64,000 nucleotides of DNA from an uncultured delta proteobacterium. Its GTDB lineage: Bacteria; Myxococcota_A; Polyangia; Polyangiales; Polyangiaceae. The notes below the pieces were generated by a model. That model was not told where the DNA came from and ran no database searches. It saw nothing but the letters and a program-made list of their open reading frames with translations. This document shows positions 21,015-30,275 of this stretch, in pieces. Location of the stretch: positions 1,312,001 to 1,376,000 of the forward strand of contig CAWJCS010000006.1 in assembly GCA_963841435.1 (NCBI GenBank). The letters are read 5' to 3'. The first letter of the stretch is position 1; each line of letters opens with the position of its first letter. The position numbers and the translations under genes were made by a program.

Positions 21015-21221
21015 ATGGGAACCCTGAGCCCCGTCCACTGGATCGTCGCCGCCGTGGTGATCCTGTTGCTTTTCGGCCCGAAAACGCTGTCGCGTGTCGG
21101 GCGAACGGCCGGGCGTGGAGTGCGGTCGGTGAACAACCTGAAAAAGAGCTTCACCGAGGCCCCCCAGAAGCTCATCGAGGACGTGAAGCGCATCGAGCCA
21201 CCCGGAGACGGGGGCGACTGA
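21015..21221 (+). CDS. tatA: TatA/E twin-arginine translocase subunit
   Basis: HWIVAAVVILLLFGPK TM with FG hinge, then an amphipathic helix. Confidence 0.8.
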   Translation: MGTLSPVHWIVAAVVILLLFGPKTLSRVGRTAGRGVRSVNNLKKSFTEAPQKLIEDVKRIEPPGDGGD

Positions 21222-21230
21222 AGCGGGGCG

Positions 21231-22091
21231 TCAGGGGACCTCGCGCACGGCGACGCGGTCCCGGTCGAGCGTCGTTTCCCCGCGCTCCACGAAGGCCGGA
21301 TTGTCGACCACGACCGAGCCCTTCGCTTCGAGCGCGCAGGTCAACCGATGGATCGTGCCGGTGCCCGAGTAGGCGCACTGCCTCGCCCCGCGAAAGTCCA
21401 TGCGCAGCGGGTGCGGCGTTTCGAGCGTCACCTCAATCTCGTATTTTCCGGGCGGTAGCGCGACCTCGAGGCGCTTGCCACCGCGCAGCGCCGCGATCTC
21501 GGGCGAGAGCGTGCGCACCACGCGCGTCGCGAAGCGATGCTCCACCTCGCCGGCGCGCACGATGACGTCCGTCGTGCCGACGGCTACGGGAACGAGCGAG
21601 CGTCCGTCAACGCGAAGCGGCTGGCGGTTCGTCGTCGAAATCAGGATGGGAACGTCGGAGAGCTCCTTGCCGTCGGCGGAGAACGCGCGCACGCCGAGCG
21701 GTGGCGGCGGCGCCTTCGTGAGATCGAAGCCGGGCACGTCGCCGACCTCGAGCCGAGCGACGAGACGGCAATGCAGTGGCGCGCTCCCCTCGATGCCCTG
21801 CACCGAGGCGGTGATGGTCGCGTCACCCGTCTTCTTGCACGCGACCGCGCCGTCACCGGTCGGGGCCGCGACGGCGGGCGCCCGCGAGCCGAGCGTGTAC
21901 GCTTCGGGAGCGAGCGTCGTCGTCGTCACGCCGTGCGTCGCCCGCACGAGCGGCCGGACGGCGGCGTGGTTCGTGACGAGCTCCGGCAGCTCGAGGCGCA
22001 CGCGCTCGGGTGGCGGCTCGCGCCGACAGGCGGCGAGCGCCGCGAGCCCGAGCGCGAGGGAGCCCCCGCGGATGGCGGCTGGCCGAGTCAC
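21231..22091 (-). CDS. Hypothetical lipoprotein with Ig-like domains
   Basis: LAALAAC lipobox; GDATITASV and GTTDVIVRA beta motifs. Confidence 0.65.
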   Translation of the reverse strand: MTRPAAIRGGSLALGLAALAACRREPPPERVRLELPELVTNHAAVRPLVRATHGVTTTTLAPEAYTLGSRAPAVAAPTGDGAVACKKTGDATITASVQGIEGSAPLHCRLVARLEVGDVPGFDLTKAPPPPLGVRAFSADGKELSDVPILISTTNRQPLRVDGRSLVPVAVGTTDVIVRAGEVEHRFATRVVRTLSPEIAALRGGKRLEVALPPGKYEIEVTLETPHPLRMDFRGARQCAYSGTGTIHRLTCALEAKGSVVVDNPAFVERGETTLDRDRVAVREVP

Positions 22092-22160
22092 TGCGGCCGA
22101 GCCTACCCCGACGCGCGCCCCGCCGCAGGGGGTGAGCGACGACGTGCTCGGCTCGCGGGA

Positions 22161-22520
22161 TCAGCCCCGACGGCGGGCGGCGCTGCGCCGTTCCTCGGCG
22201 TCGGTCGGGCGCGGACCGATGCGTCGAAAGCGGATGGCGGCGGCTTCGACGAGGGGCGCGGCGCGCGTGGCGCTCGGGATCAGCCGGACGAGTCGGTTGG
22301 TCGCGTCCTCGGCCTGGGTCCACGCCGAGCGGTGCCCGACGGTGTCCGGCGCCGTACGTCGCGAGAGCTCGAGCGACCGTGCGAGCATTTTGCCGATCTC
22401 GGCGAGCTCTCCAAGGTCGGGCTCCGAGGCGCCTTCGCGCTTCTTCGCGGCGTAGAGAGCGCGCGTGATACCGAGCAGGTCGCGCACGGCCTCGCGTGGG
22501 AGCGGATCGGAGCGCGACAT
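22161..22520 (-). CDS. Hypothetical helical protein
   Basis: Coding-like ORF with amphipathic helices. Confidence 0.6.
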   Translation of the reverse strand: MSRSDPLPREAVRDLLGITRALYAAKKREGASEPDLGELAEIGKMLARSLELSRRTAPDTVGHRSAWTQAEDATNRLVRLIPSATRAAPLVEAAAIRFRRIGPRPTDAEERRSAARRRG

Positions 22521-22645
22521 CGTCCCAGGGTGGCCGGCGCCGCGCCGGCGTCAATCGCCACGTCCGACCCCGGTCCGACGGGCGTCTCGGTGCTTCGTGC
22601 GTCGCCGGTCCGCGCCGGGCGCGCGACGGTCGGCCCGCTGCCCGG

Positions 22646-23224
22646 CTACTCCCGAAAGGGCGAGTGGCTGAGCTGGATCGGCGCGCTGAGCTCCGCGTCC
22701 GCGCCATCACCGTAGCGCACGCGAAGGGTGATCTCGACGTGTCCGAGCGCGCGCATGGCGTCTCCCGGCAAGGCGAGCACGACCTCGCCGTTCGAGGGAT
22801 CCTGGAACACCAGGCGTTCCCGGTGCGCTCGCTCCCCGCTCGCAGCATCGACGGAGTCGAACACGAGCGTCACGGGGACGTTCGAACGGAGCGGGGTGCG
22901 CAAGGTGACGATTGTCATGTGCTCACCGGGGGCGCTCGTACATTGCACGCTGTCGCCCGGGAGGAGGTCGTAGCGCCTCAGCACCGCGCCCGCGCGCTCG
23001 AGTCGCTCGACGAAGCCCCGATTGACGACAACGTCGACGAGGCCCCGGCGAATTGCCCCGGCGACGCTGGCTTCGAGCGCTTCGAGCCAGGCGAGCATTT
23101 CGGCGCAGGACGAGCACGAGAAATAGTGGTCCTCGAGGGATTGTTCGCGCTCCGCGTCGAGCTCGCCGCGTCGGTACGAAAAGAGATCTTCGAGCAGTAC
23201 GGGGCTCGTGCAGGGCTCGGTCAT
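22646..23224 (-). CDS. Zinc-finger (ZAS, zf-HC2) anti-sigma factor
   Basis: GELD...EDHYFSCSSC (HxxxCxxC); ATGA overlap with the ECF sigma gene; no TM segment. Confidence 0.82.
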   Translation of the reverse strand: MTEPCTSPVLLEDLFSYRRGELDAEREQSLEDHYFSCSSCAEMLAWLEALEASVAGAIRRGLVDVVVNRGFVERLERAGAVLRRYDLLPGDSVQCTSAPGEHMTIVTLRTPLRSNVPVTLVFDSVDAASGERAHRERLVFQDPSNGEVVLALPGDAMRALGHVEITLRVRYGDGADAELSAPIQLSHSPFRE

Positions 23225-23784
23225 GAAGCCTCCGGTCGGCGCTCGAAGCACTCGCGCAGCGCCGCGAGTGCCCGGTGGCGCATCACGCGCACGTTGCCGA
23301 CGCTGACGCCCACCGAGGTCGCGACCTCGGCGGCGCTGAGCTCCTCGAACACGCTCAACACGACCACGCTGCGGTCGCGGTCGGCGAGCTCTTGCAAGCA
23401 CAGAGCGACACGCCGCACGTCGAGGGCGGCGGGCGTGGAAGGCTCGTGCCACGGCTCGTCGCCCTCGGAAAGCGGCCCGAGGCGAGCTTCCTTGCGGCGC
23501 ATGGCGAGAGCCACGTGTCGCGCAGACCCCAAGATGAACGAAGCGACGTGCTCGGCGTCGTGGATCTCCCGGGCCCTGAGCTTTTCGAGCACGAGCATCA
23601 GCACGCGTTGCGAAAGCTCGCTCGCAGCGTCCGTGTCGCGCAGATGTCTTAGGCCGTAGGAACGCACGCGTGGCCCGAAGCGCCGGCAGAGCTCGGCCTC
23701 GGCCTCGGCGGCCCCGGTTGCCCGCTCGAGCACCGTTCGCGCGAGCGTCGCGTCGCTCGGCTCGCCGGGCAGCGGGCGGCTCAT
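23221..23784 (-). CDS. ECF sigma-70 factor
   Basis: Region 2 (DAASELSQRVLM) and region 4 (LADRDRSVVVL...LSAAEVA...GNVRVMRHRAL); start re-picked at MSRPLP. Confidence 0.88.
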   Translation of the reverse strand: MSRPLPGEPSDATLARTVLERATGAAEAEAELCRRFGPRVRSYGLRHLRDTDAASELSQRVLMLVLEKLRAREIHDAEHVASFILGSARHVALAMRRKEARLGPLSEGDEPWHEPSTPAALDVRRVALCLQELADRDRSVVVLSVFEELSAAEVATSVGVSVGNVRVMRHRALAALRECFERRPEAS

Positions 23785-23873
23785 CCGGACTCCACTACCC
23801 CCTAGCCTTGCGCGCCACAAGCGCGTCGGGCAAGGGGGTAGCGGAGCCGCCGAAGGGCGAGCAGCGTCGAGCA

Positions 23874-24725
23874 TCAGCTGGCTTGCTTGATGAGGTCCTC
23901 GAACGCCGACTGGTCGGGACCCTGGAACGGCGTGCCGCCGGGGGCGCGGTTGACGTTCTCGGTGAGCGCCTCCACGAGAGCGCGGGCAGGCGGCAGGTGC
24001 GCGCTCAGGATCGTCTGCGGTGCGAGCTCGGCCACGGAGCGCGTCGCTTGCTCGAGGGCATCCTGGCGCACGCTGTGGATCCAGGGCGAATCCAGGGCGA
24101 GCCACCGCATCATCCCCTCGCGGAGCGAGGAGGACGGAATGTCGTTCGCGGACTCCGTCGGCGACGGGACGAGCCCACCGAAGTAGTCCGAGCTGAACAG
24201 CGTCCGCGTCGAGGCGTCCCAGACCATCGTGGTCTCGGGTGCGTCGAAGCAGGGCGGCCGCGCGACGAGGAGCTTCCGATCGCCCACGTCGAGAGTTTGT
24301 CCGGGGTTTAGCAGGAGGAAGCGTTCGGGGGGAACCTGTCGTGCGAAGCCGAGCTTGGCCATGCCGAGGAAGGTCGTGACGATGCGAGCCTTGGGCGCCC
24401 GGACCAGGAGCTCGTCGAGACACCCCACGTGGTCGCCGTCGGCGTGCGTGAGATAAATGTAACGGAGTGACGCCGGATCGATGAGGCTCTCGATGGCCGG
24501 AAGCATCAGGCCCTTCATGCCGATGATCCCCGCATCGACGAGCACGGGCTCGCGCGAGCGCAAAAGGAACGCGTTGATCGCGATGTAGCCGAGGTTCGGG
24601 ATCGGGGCGAACGTTCCGAGCTGATCGACGCCGGGTGCGACGTTCTTCTGTGTTTCGATGATGGGCTCAGTCAAGACGATGACCTCCTGTTGGGGAGCAG
24701 CAACGCTCACGAGGGAGTGCGCCAC
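23874..24725 (-). CDS. MBL-fold metallo-hydrolase (flavodiiron/ODP-like, no flavodoxin domain)
   Basis: THADGDH, LFSSDYFG, ILSAH. Confidence 0.85.
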   Translation of the reverse strand: MAHSLVSVAAPQQEVIVLTEPIIETQKNVAPGVDQLGTFAPIPNLGYIAINAFLLRSREPVLVDAGIIGMKGLMLPAIESLIDPASLRYIYLTHADGDHVGCLDELLVRAPKARIVTTFLGMAKLGFARQVPPERFLLLNPGQTLDVGDRKLLVARPPCFDAPETTMVWDASTRTLFSSDYFGGLVPSPTESANDIPSSSLREGMMRWLALDSPWIHSVRQDALEQATRSVAELAPQTILSAHLPPARALVEALTENVNRAPGGTPFQGPDQSAFEDLIKQAS

Positions 24726-24791
24726 CCCCGCCCGGCGTTACGCATCTTTCTCGAAAACGGCCTGGGGGCCGGGGAGGGCCCCGCGCGGGCC

Positions 24792-25574
24792 TCAGCGTGC
24801 GTCGGCCAGGCTTTCGACGAGCAGTCGAGCGAGGCGATCCGCGAAGCTCCGAACACCCTCGGCGTGGCTCACGAGGTCCTGGCGGATCTCGAGCTCCACG
24901 TGCACGAGGCCCCGCGCCTCGGCGTGCTCGATGATGCCGTAGTCGGTGAGTGCGTCGGCCGCGTACGGCTGGTTGTCGCCGACGACGAGCCCGGGCTCGC
25001 GGCGCAGGCGCTCGAGCATGGGCGTTGCGAGGCGTGCGTCGCGATGGTGGAGCACGCCGGCGTGCCAGGGCCGGGACACGCCGCGGTAGCTCGGCGTAAA
25101 GGTGTGCAAGAGGACGATGACCGTCGGCGCTCCGCGCGCGGCTCGCACGTCGAGCTCTTGGGTGATGCGCGCGTGGTACGGCTCGAAGACCTCGCGCACA
25201 CGGGCGGCCCTCGCTCCGGCCGTCAGACTTCGGTTACCCGGGATCTCGGTGTCCTCGCTCTTTTTGGCAATCGAATCCGCGTGGTCGGGGCGCCGGTTGC
25301 AGTCGACGACGAGCCGCGAATAGCCCTGCAAAATGAGCCATGCGCCCAGCCGCGGCGCGAGCTCGCGCGCGACGTCGGCCGCGCCGATGTCCCAGGCGAT
25401 GTGGCGCTCGAGGTCGCGTTCCGCGAGCCCGAGCGAGCCGAGCGCCCGGGGGATGCGCCGCGACGCATGATCGCACACGACGAGCCACGGCGAGTCAGCG
25501 ACGCCGTCGATGACCTCGAACGGTGGCGGATCGTCCGGGCCGAGGAGCACGCTGGTTTGGCTCGAGAGCGCCAC
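24792..25574 (-). CDS. N-formylglutamate amidohydrolase family
   Basis: CDHAS, HIAWDIGA, YSRLVVDCNR, HTFTP, GDNQPY, EIRQDL. Confidence 0.92.
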   Translation of the reverse strand: MALSSQTSVLLGPDDPPPFEVIDGVADSPWLVVCDHASRRIPRALGSLGLAERDLERHIAWDIGAADVARELAPRLGAWLILQGYSRLVVDCNRRPDHADSIAKKSEDTEIPGNRSLTAGARAARVREVFEPYHARITQELDVRAARGAPTVIVLLHTFTPSYRGVSRPWHAGVLHHRDARLATPMLERLRREPGLVVGDNQPYAADALTDYGIIEHAEARGLVHVELEIRQDLVSHAEGVRSFADRLARLLVESLADAR

Positions 25575-25647
25575 GGTGGTGGAACAAAGCCACGGAGCGC
25601 GCGGTGAGTCGAGTGGGTCGCACGAGAGCGCGTGCGACCCGCCGATT

Positions 25648-26667
25648 TCACGAACGGAACGTCTTCGGCATCCGGCGGTAGCTGAACACGGAGTAGCCGA
25701 CGACGAGCAACATGCCCGGGATCCACCACGCCAGCATCGTGCGCAGCATGCGATCGTCGGCGGCGGCGCGCGCGAGCTCGAGGTGGTAATTGGCGTTCCG
25801 CGCCGCCAGGGCATGCGGAAAGACGGCGAAAGCCGCGCTCACGACGCCGAGGAACAGCTGGGCGCCCGACGCCAGGAAGGCCAAGAGCGGCCGGGGCCGG
25901 AGCAGCAGGCGCGCCGCGACCAGCGCCGCGAACGTGAAGAGCGGCAAGAGCGAGCCGGCCGGGTAGCGCGCGAGGTTCACGCGGATCTGCGGTTGCACCT
26001 CGGGCGTGACGCCGGCCGTGGCGAGCGCGAGCACGAGCGCGGGCACGAAAGCAAAACTTGCGACGCGCCGCGCGCGAGTGGCGAGCTCTGCCTCGGTCTT
26101 GAGCGCGAGCCACGCCGCGCCGTGAAAGGCGAGGAACGAGAGCGCCGTCGCCGCGACGAGCAGGGTGTACCAGTCGAGGATCCCGGTCTCGGCTCCGACG
26201 CGAAAGTCGGTCCAGAGGGGTTCCATGAAATTCCCCGTTTCGCGGAGCGGGACGCCGCGCACGAGATTGCCGACGGCGGCGCCGAAGAGCACGGCGAGCA
26301 GCCCGCTCGAGGCGCTATAGGCGACATCCCAGAATTTCAGCCACATCGCGTCGTGGAGCTGATGGCGGAGCTCGATGCCGAGCGCGCGAAACACCAAAAG
26401 CCAGAGCACGATCATGAGCGGCAGATAGAAGCCCGAGAAGACGACGGCATAGAGCAAGGGAAACGCCGCGAACAGCGTGCCACCCGCTGCGATGAGCCAG
26501 ACCTCGTTGCCGTCCCACACCGGCGCGATCGTCTCGAGCAGCGTCGTGCGCTCCTTCTCCGTGCGCCCCACGACGAAGTGGAGCAACCCGGCTCCGAAAT
26601 CGAAGCCGTCGAGCGCGACGTAGACGCCCAGCATGATGACGAGCAGCCAGAACCAGAGCTCGGCCAT
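25648..26667 (-). CDS. cydB: Cytochrome bd oxidase subunit II
   Basis: LDGFDFGAG, PVWDGNEVWL; start overlaps the cydA stop. Confidence 0.95.
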   Translation of the reverse strand: MAELWFWLLVIMLGVYVALDGFDFGAGLLHFVVGRTEKERTTLLETIAPVWDGNEVWLIAAGGTLFAAFPLLYAVVFSGFYLPLMIVLWLLVFRALGIELRHQLHDAMWLKFWDVAYSASSGLLAVLFGAAVGNLVRGVPLRETGNFMEPLWTDFRVGAETGILDWYTLLVAATALSFLAFHGAAWLALKTEAELATRARRVASFAFVPALVLALATAGVTPEVQPQIRVNLARYPAGSLLPLFTFAALVAARLLLRPRPLLAFLASGAQLFLGVVSAAFAVFPHALAARNANYHLELARAAADDRMLRTMLAWWIPGMLLVVGYSVFSYRRMPKTFRS

Positions 26668-27980
26668 CACTTCGGCCCCTCCGCGACGATGCGCGTGACC
26701 AAAAAGAAGTAGAGCAACGACAGGAGCGAGTAGAGCCCCATGAAGCCGAGCAGCGAAAACAGCGTGGTTCCCGAGGAAATGTGCGCCGAGGAGCCGTCTT
26801 TCGTGAGCATGAGGCCGTGCACGAGCCAGGGCTGGCGGCCAAGCTCCGCTGTCATCCAGCCGGCCGTGTTGGCGACGAAGGGCAGGGGAAAGACCAGCAT
26901 CAGGAGCCAGAGCAGCGGGCGATTGTCGAAGAGCTTGCCGCGGAACAGGAGAAGCACGCTGAGCCCCATCACGCCGATGAAGATCGTCCCGAGGCCGGCC
27001 ATGACGTGATACGCGTAGTAGAGAAGCGGTACGTTGTCGGGCCAGCTGTCGCGCGGAAATTCGGCGAGCCCGCGGATTTCGGTGTTCCAGCGCTGATGCG
27101 TGAGAAAGCTCAGCACCTTCGGCAAGACGATGGGGTTGTCGAGCGTGAGCGTGTCCGGGTTCGGCTGGCCGATGAGCGTGAGGCCCGCCCCGCGCTCCGT
27201 GTGAAAGTGGCCTTCCATGGCCGCGAACGTCACTGGTTGCCGGTCGAGCACGAGCTTTGCTTGCGTGTCACCGCTCGGGAAGGCGGCGGCGAGCGCCGAG
27301 ATCGCCCCCGCGATCACGCTGACGCGCAGGCATTTCTTGGCGACGGCCACGTGGGCCCCGCGCAAGAGATAAAAGGCCATGGTTCCGCTCATCACGAACG
27401 AGCCCGTGATGAGCGCGCCGACCATGGTGTGCGCGTACTGGGCGAGGGCCCACGGGCTCGTGAGCAGCGCCGAGAGGCCCGTGATCTGGACGATACCGCG
27501 CTCGTCGAGCGTGGCCCCGTAGGGAGCCTGCATGAAGGCATTCACGCACACGATGAAGAAGCCACTGAGCCAGGTGCCGACCCAGAGCGCGATCGCCGCG
27601 AGCCAATGCCCGACGGGGCTCAGTCGCGTTTCGCCGTACACGAGGAGGTAGAGAAACGACGATTCCAGGAAGAACGCGAAGACGCCCTCCATGGCGAGCG
27701 CCTGCGCCATGGCGCCGCCCGTGGCCGCCGAAAAACGCGACCAGTTCGTGCCGAACTGAAACTCGAGCGGGATCCCCGTCACGACGCCCATGACGAACGA
27801 GATCGCGAAGATGCGCGTCCAGAAGCGCACGGCGGCGTCGTAGTCCGCGTCGTCCCAGCGCAGCGCGAGCGTCTTCAGCACGACGATGAGCAGTGCGAGG
27901 CCCATCGTGAGCTGGGGAAACAGGTAGTGATAGGTGACCGTGAACGCGAACTGCAGGCGATGCAGCGTCAAGGATTCCAT
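26667..27980 (-). CDS. cydA: Cytochrome bd oxidase subunit I (short Q-loop)
   Basis: YHYLF, EFQFGTNW, FFLES, GWMTAELGRQPW. Confidence 0.95.
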   Translation of the reverse strand: MESLTLHRLQFAFTVTYHYLFPQLTMGLALLIVVLKTLALRWDDADYDAAVRFWTRIFAISFVMGVVTGIPLEFQFGTNWSRFSAATGGAMAQALAMEGVFAFFLESSFLYLLVYGETRLSPVGHWLAAIALWVGTWLSGFFIVCVNAFMQAPYGATLDERGIVQITGLSALLTSPWALAQYAHTMVGALITGSFVMSGTMAFYLLRGAHVAVAKKCLRVSVIAGAISALAAAFPSGDTQAKLVLDRQPVTFAAMEGHFHTERGAGLTLIGQPNPDTLTLDNPIVLPKVLSFLTHQRWNTEIRGLAEFPRDSWPDNVPLLYYAYHVMAGLGTIFIGVMGLSVLLLFRGKLFDNRPLLWLLMLVFPLPFVANTAGWMTAELGRQPWLVHGLMLTKDGSSAHISSGTTLFSLLGFMGLYSLLSLLYFFLVTRIVAEGPK

Positions 27981-28139
27981 CTGGCCACGCGGCGCCGAGC
28001 GCCCCGACCTTTTTTCGGGCGACCCGTGCGCCCCGTCAAGCGCCGATCGCCCCCGAGCTCACCGATTTCACCCGGGAGCGCAAGCTCGAGGTTGCCGGCG
28101 GCCGTCGAGCGCGTTTCGCGCCGAGGCCCGGCGTGTCAG

Positions 28140-28328
28140 TCAGCTCGCGACAGGGGGCGAGACATCATAGGCGCGGCGCAGCTCGACGAGCGGGCGATCC
28201 TTGTCCCGGAAGACGTCGTAGCCGTCGCTGAAGTCAACCTTGCAGGCCGCGCCGCGCTGGAGCGCAATGAGCACGGCCGGCACGTCGAAAAGGCCTTGGT
28301 ACCCCTTCGCGGCCGGCGTGATGCGCAT
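28140..28328 (-). CDS. 62-aa hypothetical protein
   Basis: MRITPAAKGYQGLFD... with strong GC3 codon bias; just downstream of a sigma-54 motif. Confidence 0.5.
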   Translation of the reverse strand: MRITPAAKGYQGLFDVPAVLIALQRGAACKVDFSDGYDVFRDKDRPLVELRRAYDVSPPVAS

Positions 28329-28364
28329 GCCGAGATGAAAAGGAGGTCCATGAATCGAGGAGGA

Positions 28365-28380
28365 TGCAGAGTGTGTGCCA
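28365..28380 (-). promoter_or_regulatory. Sigma-54 (-24/-12) promoter motif
   Basis: Minus strand TGGCACACACTCTGCA is close to the TGGCAC-N5-TTGC consensus; intergenic. Confidence 0.6.
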
Positions 28381-28486
28381 GGCGGCGCTCTCGAGAAAGG
28401 CCCTCGAGAAAAGGCCGGGTGTGAGGCGCGCGTCCGGACACTCGTCCGACGTCGGAGCGGGTGTCCGAGCAAAGATGGGCGAAGCG

Positions 28487-30211
28487 TCAGCCCTCGCGTG
28501 GTCTCGCGGAATCACGGAGGTGTCGCAGCAGTCCGAGCGTGTTGCCGAGGAACTCCCGCAGCTCCTCGAGATCCTGGTCAGGCGCCTTGGAGAGAGCCAG
28601 GACGGCGACCCCGAGCGCCTGGTCGAAGGCGACGAGGGGCATCAGCGCGAGCACCCGCCCGGCGTTTTCCAAAAGCGGATGCTGCGGCAGGGTTTCGAGC
28701 GAAAGCGGCGTCGCCGTTGCGACTTGCCCGCCGGGCCCGAAGCCGAACGCGAGCTGCCCGCCGCCCGTGGCGTCGCCCGGCCGGTCGAACGTTGCGACGA
28801 GGCACGCATCGACGCCGAACTCCACGAGCCGTTCGGCCGCCACGCGAGACAGCGCCGCCGCGCCGTCGAACAGGGAGTCACGAACGGCAGCCTCGAAGTG
28901 TCGCTGACGCTCGCGAGCACTACGAACGCGCCTGCGGCTCGTTTCCTCGCTGGAGACGCTCGCGATCACGCGTGCCTCGTGCAGCGCATCTTCGAGGCGG
29001 TCGCGCGCTTCCGGGGTGCCCGCCACGCAGGGCAGCGACTGACGCCGCAGCGCCGTGAGAACGTCCTGAATCACGATGCCGTCGACGGGTGCGCGCTCGA
29101 GCTTCAGCAAAGCGAGCTCGAGCGCCCGGTGAAAGCTCGCAGAATCGCTGCCGCGCAGCTCCGCGATGAGCGCGTCGAGCAGGCGTTCCTCCCAGCCCGC
29201 GCCCGCCGGCCCCAAGCGGCCGGCCGCCGCCCGCGACACCTCGGCCAAAATCACCTGACGCCGCTGCACGAACGACGCTTCGAGACTGCGGCTCGGCGTG
29301 AAGCCCAGGGACGCCGCCAGACCGAGCTGGCTCCCCGCGCAGCCGCAGGAGCCTCGTACGACGAGCGTCGTCGGGAGCAACTGGGACACGAAGGGTCGTC
29401 CCTGGCTCAGCTCGGACACTCCCTCGACCCCACGCCGGCCGAGCTGCTCCATCGGCTGACGCGCTGTCGTGAGCGCCGGTCGCGTGAAGCGCGCGGAGTC
29501 CAGATCGTCGAAGCCGGTGACGGCAATCTCGCGTGGTACCTCGATGTGGCGCCGGCCGAGCTCCTCCAGGACACCGAGCGCCGTGTAGTCGTTCGCGCAG
29601 ACGATCGCGTCGAGCGCGGGTGGCTTGAGGCGACGCCCGTCGAGGAGCACGCGCACGGCTTCCACGCCACTCTGTCGGTAAAAGGTGCCCTCGACAGAAA
29701 GCTCTGGATCGTAAGTCAGCCCAGCTTCGGCGAGCGCTTCTTGGTACGCCTCGAAGCGTGTCTCGGCTTCCGCGCTCCCCGCCGGCCCCCGCACGAACGC
29801 GATGCGGCGCCGCCCATGCTCGCCGGCGAGGTGCGCCACGATCTCGCGAATGCCGCGCCGGTTGTCCACCTCGATGCAGACGTGACCGGCGAGCGGGACG
29901 CCGATGCACGTGACGGGCAGGTCGCCGTAGCGCCCGAGCCACGGTGCGAGCGCGGCGGGCCCGACGGCGCTCCCGATCACGCTCAGGACGGCGACGATCC
30001 CGCTCGTGTTTCCGGGGCCCAAAAGGTCGAAGACCACGTTGCGCGCGCGCGACGCGGGCGAGCCGTCGCCGACGCGCCCTCCCACGACACAGAGAATCGA
30101 CGCGCCGACGTCGCGCGCCGCGGAGAGCGCGCCACGCAAGACGCCGACCTCGTACTCGTTGTCGAGCGTCTCGAGCAAGAGCGCAATAGGGAGCGCCGAC
30201 CTGACGGACAC
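28487..30211 (-). CDS. LacI-type sugar-binding domain protein with no HTH and no recognisable output domain
   Basis: VDNRRG, HGRRRIAFVRGP, AIVCANDYTALG, VTGFDD, PALTTARQP, RGSCGC. Confidence 0.8.
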   Translation of the reverse strand: MSVRSALPIALLLETLDNEYEVGVLRGALSAARDVGASILCVVGGRVGDGSPASRARNVVFDLLGPGNTSGIVAVLSVIGSAVGPAALAPWLGRYGDLPVTCIGVPLAGHVCIEVDNRRGIREIVAHLAGEHGRRRIAFVRGPAGSAEAETRFEAYQEALAEAGLTYDPELSVEGTFYRQSGVEAVRVLLDGRRLKPPALDAIVCANDYTALGVLEELGRRHIEVPREIAVTGFDDLDSARFTRPALTTARQPMEQLGRRGVEGVSELSQGRPFVSQLLPTTLVVRGSCGCAGSQLGLAASLGFTPSRSLEASFVQRRQVILAEVSRAAAGRLGPAGAGWEERLLDALIAELRGSDSASFHRALELALLKLERAPVDGIVIQDVLTALRRQSLPCVAGTPEARDRLEDALHEARVIASVSSEETSRRRVRSARERQRHFEAAVRDSLFDGAAALSRVAAERLVEFGVDACLVATFDRPGDATGGGQLAFGFGPGGQVATATPLSLETLPQHPLLENAGRVLALMPLVAFDQALGVAVLALSKAPDQDLEELREFLGNTLGLLRHLRDSARPREG

Positions 30212-30275
30212 CCCGGCATCCTAGGTCCCCGCGCTGCCGCCGACAAATCGCCCGAATCGGCGCGAGTCCCGCGCG

